A stretch of DNA of 64,000 nt from Setoptus koraiensis (taxonomy: Eukaryota; Animalia; Arthropoda). Within the stretch, counting starts at the first letter, position 1. Every line of letters starts with the position of its first letter. Shown here piece by piece: positions 14,112 to 24,300 of this stretch. Made by a program: the position numbers and the translations under genes. The notes under the pieces were generated by a model, which was not told the DNA's origin, made no database searches, and saw nothing but the letters and a program-made list of their open reading frames with translations. The DNA lies in the NCBI GenBank assembly GCA_048013815.1, contig CM106585.1, positions 1,488,001-1,552,000 of the forward strand, given 5' to 3'.

Positions 14112-14787
14112 GACGTCATACGAACTGTCATTGTCATCAGTATTGCAACAAATGTAGCAAAAAGAATCTCGTGATTGTGCAAGGATTGATGTTGGTTACC
14201 TCATCAGAGGCTTGAGCGAGGCAATCGTCAAGAAAGCAGCTCATCGACAATTAAAAAGGTAGACAATGGGGGGTCATTGTGTAAGTGTATGAGAGTAGTT
14301 GTTGACCAGTAGATCAAACAAACATCACTCATCCTCTCGGATATTCATTGTGAGTGTCGCTAAAAATTTGAACGATACAACGGTTGTCGTGTTCAAAAGT
14401 CAACGTTTGAATAGCAACAGCGATTTATGTTGTTATTTGTATCAACATTTGCAAAAAGAGATTTCACTATGACGTTTCGTAGGGTTGACATATCGACGCT
14501 TGGGGGAGTTAGAAACAAAATCAAGCAGCCTCTCGACACTCGTACCGATTAGCTGTTGACGACTATGTGTACGAGAAGGGGGCATCGTAACCGACAAATG
14601 AGTGCAGTCGGCCGAAATCAACTGGTCAGTTGCTAACACACTACTGTCACAAGATAATAGGGTCAGCTAGTCGGTACGAGTATCGGCTAGTTTACTTTTT
14701 GCATCGTGCAGTTTTGCATTGTCGGACATATCAATATGTTACTCTAGTCGATTCTTGCACTACACTTGCAATTTTTTGCCAATACTA
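14112..14787. repeat. Dispersed ~650-bp repeat, copy B
   Basis: Direct repeat of 11338-12010, about 2.78 kb downstream. Confidence 0.9.
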
Positions 14788-15850
14788 TGCGACTGTAGTG
14801 GCAGTCGTATGGGAAGTCCAACTGCCCGCTGGTCACTGCAGTCAGTGCAATGGCCTGTCGACAGATCAAAAACATGCTGTATACAATATTATTCTCCCCA
14901 CAAACAACATTGACTAGATAGATTTCCAATTGGAATGGCTCTGCTGTAAGAGTATTCTTCTCACACGATTGTTAGGAAGCCGATCAAACACTATCATCAA
15001 TTAGAAATCATTTGGGATGTTTTTCTTCTGATTATATACTATTAGAACTGAAACCAATTATCGCTACGTCATCAGCGTATTATTATACAGATTATTCGAA
15101 TGCAATCACAATCAACATACAGCAAGATTTTCGGTCGAAATGAAGTGTCATTTGGATGCGCCCATGAGAGGCCTATTCGCATGTTAGGCACAGCCATAAA
15201 ATGCATTATTATGATGAGAATTATCCTGTCAATCAATCGGGCCATTTGACACACAAGTCTCAAGTTCAAGTTGCGAATTAACAATAAAATAATTATACGA
15301 CGAATGGTAAACAACAAACTGGAATGTGTGTGCATCGACTAACTCCATCTAGATATTGCAACAACCGCATGACTAGCAATGTCACTTGAATGTGAATGTC
15401 AGGCCAAAGTGACTTTAGTGGCTCTCTCGTTATATCATTGAGTCAAAAGAATACCTCAAAAAGAGATTATTTTGAGATTGTTGTTCCCTATGGGTGAGTG
15501 TATGATGCCGCATCAGGTACATCAGTGCCAATGTTCACCGATTAGCTTGGCACTAGTACAGTAATAGCCCAGTGCAGTTGTAAAAGATAAAAGATGCCCT
15601 AATGCGTGAGTCGTGCAAGCTCGCCAAAAATGTCTAGAATTCGTCAGCTGATTTTTTGTTTATCAACAAGCTAGTTGCAAGTTTTAACTAACTACTGTCG
15701 ATGGTATGCTAATCCACGCCCAATGCTGCGGTAACTGCATTACAGTGCCCTAAGTGTGAGCACAAACAGTGAGTTACCTAACGGCTTGCGAAGCTGCCTT
15801 TCTGTCTGTTTGTATAACGCAACGAAAAATCCTAGAATTGGCTACATTGA

Positions 15851-15883
15851 TACAGTATTAGTACAGTATTAGTACAGTATTAG
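15851..15883. repeat. 11-bp tandem repeat TACAGTATTAG x3
   Basis: Read directly from the sequence. Confidence 0.9.
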
Positions 15884-16635
15884 TATACGGCGCCACTGGC
15901 ACTAGACAACCGGCTGTATCAGATAATAACTTGAACACTTCACCGCAAGTGTAACCTGCACGGCGTCAGTTATCAATATATTGCGGCAGTATAAATATTG
16001 TCTGTATAGTAGACTCATCATATCGTAGATGGAATAGATGCAAAAAGTACCATGCCAAAAACACTTACATGATGATACTGTGAATGTTATCTAATGACAA
16101 GCTTATCAAGTGCATCATCATCTCTGCTGCAGTCTGTAAATATAAATGTAGGTTTCTAGAGCGCAACTCTATCACTCTACCGTTTACGCCGTTCATTCCT
16201 TTTCTATTTGGCAAGCCAGCACAAGGGCTCTGTGTACAAAATTCGAACTCTAACTGTAGACGTGTAAATCATTACATCACTGTTATTGCTACTACTGTTA
16301 CTATTGTGACTTTTTCGGAAGGACAAAAGTTGACGAAAAAAAAAATTTGAAAAAATTTTCACGAGTCGTTCGTTGTAAATAACAGTCACGAGACTGACCG
16401 AGCAGCTTCAATATCGGGCCTTTTATACAACGTTACACGGTACACACCACAGTCGACAGCAAATACAAACAATCATCTGTACAGCCTTCAATAATTTAAC
16501 CCATCATTAATAAGTGTGCCAATCAACAAAAGTATAGACACATTACACAACAACGGTACATTACACAGCGACAGTGCGTTGCATAACATCAGCACAGCAA
16601 TAAAACAATTGACAATATTTGTCAGATCAACCACA

Positions 16636-17982
16636 ATGCGCCTTGAATCGAGCATCGATAACACTCTGACAGATGACCTCAAGAGACTGGGTCATATCTG
16701 CGTCACTTACAACAATCTCATATTAGTTTGGGGCGGCTACAAGGACAATGTAGACAAAGAGCCAGAGGATCTTTGGTTGTACAATCCACTGTCGCAATGC
16801 TGGACAGTGAAAAAATGTCATGGCTCCATACCGCCCGGTTTGTCTGGATCAACCAGTTCAATTATCGATGACAAATTGTATGTTTTTGGTGGTTACGCAG
16901 ATAGCGCCGAAGGTCATTTAAATTCTCTCTATTGTCTAGATATGAGAACATTGGTTTGGTCTCAAATTGAGCATATTCACGGCATAGAGCCTGTTCCATC
17001 GGATAAGTGTGTCAGTTGGTCGTACGAATCTAAATTATATATATTTGGTGGTTATGGATCGCCAAACGTTGAACATATTAATCAGCTAATTGATAAACAA
17101 CCAAATTTACATTTTGCTCGTGATTCAACATCCGCTTGGAGCTACAGAAGAGGCTGGAATAATCAGCTCGTGGAATATGATCCAGCTAACAATCAATGGA
17201 ACTGGCCGACATACTCTGGCGATTGTCCAACGGCTCGTGCTGCACACGCGGGCACACTCATGGGCGACAAATATTATTTATTTGGTGGTAGAGATCACCA
17301 AAGTAGATTGAACGATTTGTACTCATTGGATATGAAAACAAAAGTGTGGTCTAAGATAGAAACAAATGTAATGCAACCGGTGCAACAAACAATTCAGCAT
17401 CAGCGACAACAATTGTCATCAATTCAACAACATTCGTCAGATAATAATAATAACAATTCACCGTCAACATCCCATACTCAACAAGATATTAGTGAAACTA
17501 AACCACAGGCAAGATCCTGGACATCATTCACCCCAATCTCGTCTGACACCATTGTTTTATATGGAGGCTTCAGTCAGGATGAGACAGCATTAGACGATTG
17601 TTGGCTGTTTAATATACAATATAAGACATGGACCAAGGTCCCACTATTATTAAGTAAACCTAGATTGTGGCACACAGGCGTCAGGTCCCCATATGATGAG
17701 ATAATTATCTACGGTGGCTCAGCCACAACAGTTAATTCAATGGCCACCAAAGGAACTAAGAAACTTTATTGTGATGAACTTCTGACACTCAGATTGTCCC
17801 CTAAAACGCTTGTTAGGTCGGCCCTAGACAACGTTCCAACCATCTACTACAACAACAAATATATTAAATATCTACCCTCTAATTTACAATCGTTAGTTCA
17901 AGATAAATTGAAAACCAAAAGATCTCAAGAACACACAATGGCCCAAAAAATAAGTGATCGTCGTGGTCAATGCAACAAATAA
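16636..17982 (+). CDS. KLHDC2: Kelch domain-containing protein 2 (CRL2 substrate receptor for C-terminal diGly degrons), intronless
   Basis: Six GG-containing kelch blades. Motifs RGWN, RAAHA, GGR...RLNDL, ARSW, KPRLWHT and the C-terminal BC-box PKTLVRSAL match recalled human KLHDC2. First ATG at 16636. Confidence 0.9.
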   Translation: MRLESSIDNTLTDDLKRLGHICVTYNNLILVWGGYKDNVDKEPEDLWLYNPLSQCWTVKKCHGSIPPGLSGSTSSIIDDKLYVFGGYADSAEGHLNSLYCLDMRTLVWSQIEHIHGIEPVPSDKCVSWSYESKLYIFGGYGSPNVEHINQLIDKQPNLHFARDSTSAWSYRRGWNNQLVEYDPANNQWNWPTYSGDCPTARAAHAGTLMGDKYYLFGGRDHQSRLNDLYSLDMKTKVWSKIETNVMQPVQQTIQHQRQQLSSIQQHSSDNNNNNSPSTSHTQQDISETKPQARSWTSFTPISSDTIVLYGGFSQDETALDDCWLFNIQYKTWTKVPLLLSKPRLWHTGVRSPYDEIIIYGGSATTVNSMATKGTKKLYCDELLTLRLSPKTLVRSALDNVPTIYYNNKYIKYLPSNLQSLVQDKLKTKRSQEHTMAQKISDRRGQCNK

Positions 17983-18207
17983 CTCATATAATTTAAAAAT
18001 AAACTGTAATTATACCTCAATTGGTTGCATGTACAATAAAATTGTCCTAAGTGTCACCTGTCCAGAAATAGCGTACGCACAGTCTTTCTTGGTCATCCCA
18101 TTGATAACGAGTTTTATCTTCATTTCCTCCTCGGAGATGTCCGACGGATTATCCATTCACTGTATTCCAGTTTTACCAGTGGTCAACCAGAATTGATTCC
18201 GAACGTA

Positions 18208-18992
18208 ACCATCCTAGAAATCATATGAATACATACATCCAAGGTTTGTTACTTGATAAATGTCAATCTTAAAAAGAAATGAGCTTTGTTCTATAAATTA
18301 TTTATTCAGATTTAAAAATAACTCGACACACGAGATCGGAATATAATTAGACGCGACGATCAAGTCAATGCAAGATATACTTGTATTACACGCCTCAAAG
18401 AATCCGTTAAACGAATGTACAATCTTGACAACGTTACAAATGAATGTGGTTCGTTCAATTTCGATTGCAATAAATGCGATGTATAATTCGAGTTTCCAAG
18501 ATTACTTGCATTTTTTTGAAAATCACGGCATACTCCAAAAATTTCTGTGGCGAGCAAGAGATTGTGTGAAGAGGATAGCCAAATTGAGACAAAATGGTAG
18601 ATCCATCTTGTCTCTTCGGGAATTTTATTTACATAATCTCTTGGTCGCCACAAAAATTTGTAGAAAATACCGTGTTTTTCAAATAATGCATGCAATCTCG
18701 GAAATTCGAATTATCTATTGTCACTGCTTGCAATTGAGATTATACGAACCACATCACTCGTAATATTGTCAAGATTGCATATTCGTTTAACGGATTCTTT
18801 GGGGCCTATAATTCAAATATATTTTGCGTTGACTTGATAATCTCGCCCTATTATATTCCAAATCTACTGTGCACGAAGTTATCTTTGAATTATAATAAAT
18901 AAGTAATAAGACAGAGCTAATTTCTTTTTATGAGATTGGGTAATTGCTGCTCAAAGACAATGAATTGAATGTTAATGTAATGATTGCTAGGA
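18208..18992. repeat. Long imperfect palindrome (fold-back): arms ~390 bp, 5-nt loop TAGAT at 18598-18602, about 75-80% arm identity
   Basis: AAAGAATCCGTTAAACGAAT (18397) pairs with ATTCGTTTAACGGATTCTTT (18781-18800). CAATCT-TAAAAAGAAAT pairs with 18919-18938. Arm coordinates sum to a constant centre near 18599. Confidence 0.92.
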
Positions 18993-19406
18993 GTTATATG
19001 GATGTGAGTTATATCGATATACAATGCACGAGCTTATAGTTACTGGTGAAAAAGTCTAATTTGCATTACAAGATATTGTACAAACGATATTTTACAAACG
19101 ACAAAAGAGTAGCGCGCGGATGGAGCTAGTTAGAGTTAGTCGTAACAAACGCAAATTGTCATTTGTCGCATGCATATCACCTCCAAACGACGCTAGGAGT
19201 TGTCCGCGTGAAATCAATAAATTTACGATAATGGGGAATACTTCTAGCGTCATTTTTACGTCTCGTAGGTCAGAAAGGCGAACAAGAATTTGAGAAAAAG
19301 TGGCATGTAGGCTGTCAGTGAAAGAGTACAATCTCGAATATTTATTTTAACATGTCGCAATGGAAATCAAGCGAATCACTATGAGACATCAAAATCGCAA
19401 CTTCTC

Positions 19407-20726
19407 CTATTCAGACTTCTCCTCTTCGGACTTGCCCTCTTCAGACTTCTCGCCTACAGACTTCTTCTCGCCAGGCTTGCCATCTTTAGCCTCCTTCTCT
19501 GGAACTACCTTTTTTATCGGTACAACATTCAGCGAATCGTAGAAATCATCAGCTGCCTCTCGGGGCAAGTTGCTGAACCTGAACTTGCTCACGTATCCGT
19601 CCTCGAAACATTTTTCCATTGCGGGCGTACGCGACAAACGGAAATAGCCACTCTCGCCCCAGTCGAGCCCCTGACTGTTTTTCAATATCCAGTAAGGTTC
19701 GCCCTCTTCCGATCCGTAGCCCATCAGCACCATGCCGTGGCTCATATACCCATCACTACAATCCTCTCCGTGGTGTATGCCCTGATCATACACTGTATAA
19801 TCTGGGGGCAACTTCACATGTGTAACAATGGGCTGCTCTTTTAGTAATTCTTCCCAGTGTGTCCTATTTACTTCAAGTCTTACCCAGTTATAAACTTCGA
19901 CTTTTAGATTCTCGGAATTCCTGTTCATATTACAAGTTTGTCTTTTTCCAATGTAAGGTAGATCTTTCTCCAATTTAAATCCAACGAATCTTGACATTGC
20001 CTTGGCGACACTTATCTTACCGCCATTGCAACCGGCCAGGCCGTACATGTGACCGCAATCGAGGTAATACTGTTCGCTGAAATTTATATTTTCTCCGTTT
20101 GTTTGTCTGCAATAATGCCACTCGGCAAAGGCATTATAAGAGAAGGCAAAGCAACAACCGCATTTTGTACCTTGAACATCAAAATTTAGAGCGCAATATC
20201 TCAAATCAGCATCGATGTGTGTCGGACTTCCTTCTGGCCCGTCTGGTATAACGGGTCTCTTGCTGCGAAACAAAGACACAATTTTGTTCTTTTTCTTAAA
20301 AGCGGGCGCCATTACGATTCCCCCTCCATCGTCGATAGGTTCATCGTCTTCATCAACTATCTCATATTCCGGCGAAATTGCGCGCTTTCCTCTGCCTGGT
20401 TTGAATTCGTCAAACGCCTTGTCTGTTGGGCGCAATCGATACAGTTTACCTTCGGGTCCAGCATTATGTTTAGCAATAAATATTGAATTATCTTCGAATA
20501 TTTTCCTTCTTCTCTCTAGCTCAGCTGCATTGTTCACATAATCTCTTGGATTGTGTTTGAGGAATTCATCGAAAGTCATCAATTTAGCCAACTCTGCTCT
20601 TTCAGCTTCGTTGAGCTCAGACGAATCGTCGCAACTCACCGAGATATGCAGTGAGCTACTGAATATTACCGCTAGTAGGACAGATATTGCTGCAGCTAAT
20701 ACTTGCACTAACTCTTTTTTAACCAT
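19407..20726 (-). CDS. Papain-family (C1A) cysteine protease precursor, intronless, 439 aa, with signal/anchor, I29-like propeptide and charged C-terminal tail
   Basis: QGTKCGCCFAFS (catalytic Cys), SHGMVLMGYG (His), YWILKNSQGLDWGESGYFR (Asn), CNGG, ERFNIN-like ERRRKIFEDN, hydrophobic N-terminus. Confidence 0.9.
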   Translation of the reverse strand: MVKKELVQVLAAAISVLLAVIFSSSLHISVSCDDSSELNEAERAELAKLMTFDEFLKHNPRDYVNNAAELERRRKIFEDNSIFIAKHNAGPEGKLYRLRPTDKAFDEFKPGRGKRAISPEYEIVDEDDEPIDDGGGIVMAPAFKKKNKIVSLFRSKRPVIPDGPEGSPTHIDADLRYCALNFDVQGTKCGCCFAFSYNAFAEWHYCRQTNGENINFSEQYYLDCGHMYGLAGCNGGKISVAKAMSRFVGFKLEKDLPYIGKRQTCNMNRNSENLKVEVYNWVRLEVNRTHWEELLKEQPIVTHVKLPPDYTVYDQGIHHGEDCSDGYMSHGMVLMGYGSEEGEPYWILKNSQGLDWGESGYFRLSRTPAMEKCFEDGYVSKFRFSNLPREAADDFYDSLNVVPIKKVVPEKEAKDGKPGEKKSVGEKSEEGKSEEEKSE

Positions 20727-21374
20727 ATTTATTTATTTTATTGTCTTTCTAGTTTATCTGACAAAAAATTTTTGGGGGCTCAAGAGTGATAGATATCTGA
20801 AATAACGAAATATAAACAATTCTCTGTCTATAGAGTGAATTTTCCACACAACAAAAGCGCCATTATATAGAATTCTAAATATAGAAACCATCCAGTAGAA
20901 TTTTCATATGAAGACTTGATTTGGGAAGGCCTACAAAACTATTTTTACCATCTATTGAAGCAGGAATGCTGTCAAGGTTGTCTGAAACAACTGAAACGGT
21001 GATTGTTGCAGACAACCTTTCTTTTCAAATTTACAGTTGATAATAGTGACTATGATACAGGACCCAAGCATCATGGATTGATGGAACAATGATCTGCCAA
21101 GAAAGGATCAAGCGGTCACTGAATTCGATGGATGGCATGCATTTTGCAATCTCTTAATCGTGGCTTCTAAAAATCTGAAATAAGTTGCGAAAAGTGAAAG
21201 ATTTAAAGAATTCGATGAAGGCATATGGGCAATTTTGTTCGAGATGATGATTATTATTTGCTGTCTCGCTATTTACAATTGGATATATTACAACACATTT
21301 GTTTTTCACTAGTGACTTTTACTACTTCTTGTCTTTTTGTGGCACATTATTGTAGTTTAGTATAACCTATTCTA

Positions 21375-24300
21375 TCAACTTTCATCAACACTAAAACTAT
21401 CGTCAAATGGAACGGTCATTTTGAGCATTTGAGTTTCGTATTCCTTCTTCAATGTGTTTGGTTGTTGTTTGTGCTGCTGATGATCCATATAAATCGGGTC
21501 TGGCATATTGGACATTCTTGGCGGCGCCTGAAACAGACCCCCGGGTCCAATTTGAATGTAATCACGAGATATAGTAGACAATTTCCTAGGGGTTGTGCCA
21601 GCGCTACTTCCGCTCTGATAGTAGCTAGACTGATGATGTGGTCCTAACTTTTTTGGATTGCGGCCATCGTAGTGTTTCGACCAAGATCGGCACTGATACA
21701 TTATTCCAAATATGCCAAATATCGCTATCAATAGAGCCAGTGCTATGAGAGCAGAACCGAAATCATTTGTGGTCAATCCGAGACGCATTGGTGTCACTTG
21801 TTGAATGCGCGACAATACTACTGGAACATAGGGGTGTCTCACTCTAGCCGCGTTGAAGCCTAAAAAATGTTTCATTTACGTTGATAAAGATTACAGAATT
21901 ATATTAGTAAATTGAACTGGATATTCGACATGAACAAGTGCGATCGGTTTTGTGTACTTCACAAAAACTCACCAAGTGTCTGAACGACTATGTCAAGAAG
22001 AGAATTTTGAGCTTTTGTGTCGAAAAGGGTTGTCTTGACACGCGAATCGTCGCTTGGCACAATACGGAAAGTGCCCGGTTCGATGAGATAAAACCAGGCA
22101 TCGGTGCCTGTGACATCGGCATCGATAGATCCGTTGCGTTGTATTTTGAGCGATTCTGCCTTCTCGAGACCAGGTATCAAGCCGGTTCTTTCCTGGATAA
22201 TACTGTTTAGGATGATGATTGAGAGAATGAGATAAAATTAATTGGAATGACCAATTAGAGCAAATGCCGGCAAGAGCAAATTCTAAATTGAATCCATGCC
22301 AGAAGCACCAGCTGAAAACGAGATTTTCGGTAATGTGTCTCACCTGAGCAATTCCTCCTTAGTGTCCAACACTCTACCTGGCGGTGTGTCTTTTAGCACC
22401 AGTGCTATTCTGTGTCTGTCGTCGATTAAATTGATAACTACCTCCGCCAAGGAATACAATGGCGAGCCAGATAGATCTGGATTGTCTCTGGCGACAACTT
22501 GAATTTTCAGAGGCAAACGGGACAGTGCGACATCTTCGACAGGTCTGCTGGTTCTGAGAATGCCCGCGCTTGGATCTATTTTAAAGCGACCATCCAAATC
22601 TGACTCTGCCAATATCTCGTACGTCACTAAGCCGTTTGACGTAGAAGAGTCAAGATCGACAGCTTGCAGTTGTATTATTTGAGTATCAGATGGGGCGTCG
22701 TTGGCGACCGCGGTCAAAAATCGTCCGCCAGTTATGTGGCTATAACGGGGATGTAGCTTAAACATTGGCTTATTATCATTTCTGTCCAATATGTTGACAT
22801 TAACTTGAGCCATTGTCTTGGAGCTGCCACCAATAGTGTTTAGTCTAATGGTCAATATAAACCTTGTTTTTTGTTCATAATCAATAGTGTTGTCCATTGT
22901 GTGTATCTCACAATCGCGCTGATCATTTACCATAATGTAAAATTTGCCCAATTCATTTCCTGACACAATTTCGCAGCTTATGGGAAAGTTCAATTTTGGC
23001 TTATTGATAACGGGCAACACCTTAATTAGTGTGTGTGCTTGGCTGTTTTCCTCTACTTCCACAGTGAATTGAGTATCGGCAAAGCCCACCGATGACTCTG
23101 GCGATATTTCGGCCAAATGATCAATGAATATAGTCAGCGTGGTTGTGCTACTCAATGATGGCTGACCTAAATCTCTCGCTTTTATCACTAGTCTCGTCTC
23201 GGAGCTTAAATCCTTTCTTAGGTCATCTTTGACACTAATAGTTCCCGTTGTGGGATCAATCATAAAATATTGCCACGATTTATCTGAATTTCGGCCAACA
23301 ATCTCGTATCTAATCTGGTTGTTTGGCTCCATTCCATCATTGTCCACAGCTTGTAAGGTTGTGACCAACGAGCCCAATGGCACAGAATCTTGAATTCTAA
23401 CAGGTAGTGGACTGTTGTAAAAGATGGGCACATTATCATTGGCATCGTTTACCAAAACTTCAACCTGACAAGTAGTGGAGGCAGTCTTGCTGTCATGCTG
23501 ATTGGTGGATATTGTTGGATTTTGATTCTCAACAGTGCCTATGATTAGTGTGTGTCGCTTGGCTTGCTCATAATCCAACCCTTTGATTGTTTGCAGCCAG
23601 CCAGTGATGGGGTCCACAGAAAATAGCGACGAGTCGCCTTGGCGCAACGTGTAAGTTATTTGTGGCACAGTGTCCGCGTCACTGGCCACCACTTGCACCA
23701 ATTTATGATTGGCAACATTCTCTGTCACGCTAACTGTTATGTAATGTTTGTCAAATTTGGGCAGCTCGTCTTGTTTGTCTACCACCTTTACGGTGACACT
23801 TGCTGTCGACAGTCGCGAATGATCCCCGTGATCGGTGGCAGTCACCACTAAATTGTGCACTTTTTCACTCTCGTAATCAAGTGGCTCCAGCACGGTCAAT
23901 TCGCCCGTTCTTTCGTCAATCTGAAACTTGTTTGATCCCTCCAGTTTCGACGACAACGAGTAACTAATGTCGCCATTGTCGCCACTGTCGGCATCATGGG
24001 CCACAATCTGTCCAATCACTTGCTGACTGATGCCCTCCTCAACTCGAAACGTGTAATGGCCACTGGTAAATCGGGGATTTTCATCGTTGATGTCTGTGTG
24101 GTGTTCGTAACATTGTTTTCAGAGATAGAACAGAGGTCGTTTTATGTTAGAATCAAAACTGTTTGCGACACATCACTCACAATTACAAAAAATCAATTAA
24201 ATCAATCAGAATAAATGTAAAACTAGACTCACCTGTTATTGTCACCAGCACAGTGGCGCTACTAGCCAAGCCGCCTTGATCGCGGGCCTCCACCAACAAA

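Noticed and set aside
21001-21310. Plus-strand frame FKEFDEGIWAILFEMMIIICCL resembling an ionotropic-receptor M1 region
   Set aside because: Short, stop-interrupted, and no other IR motifs are present.
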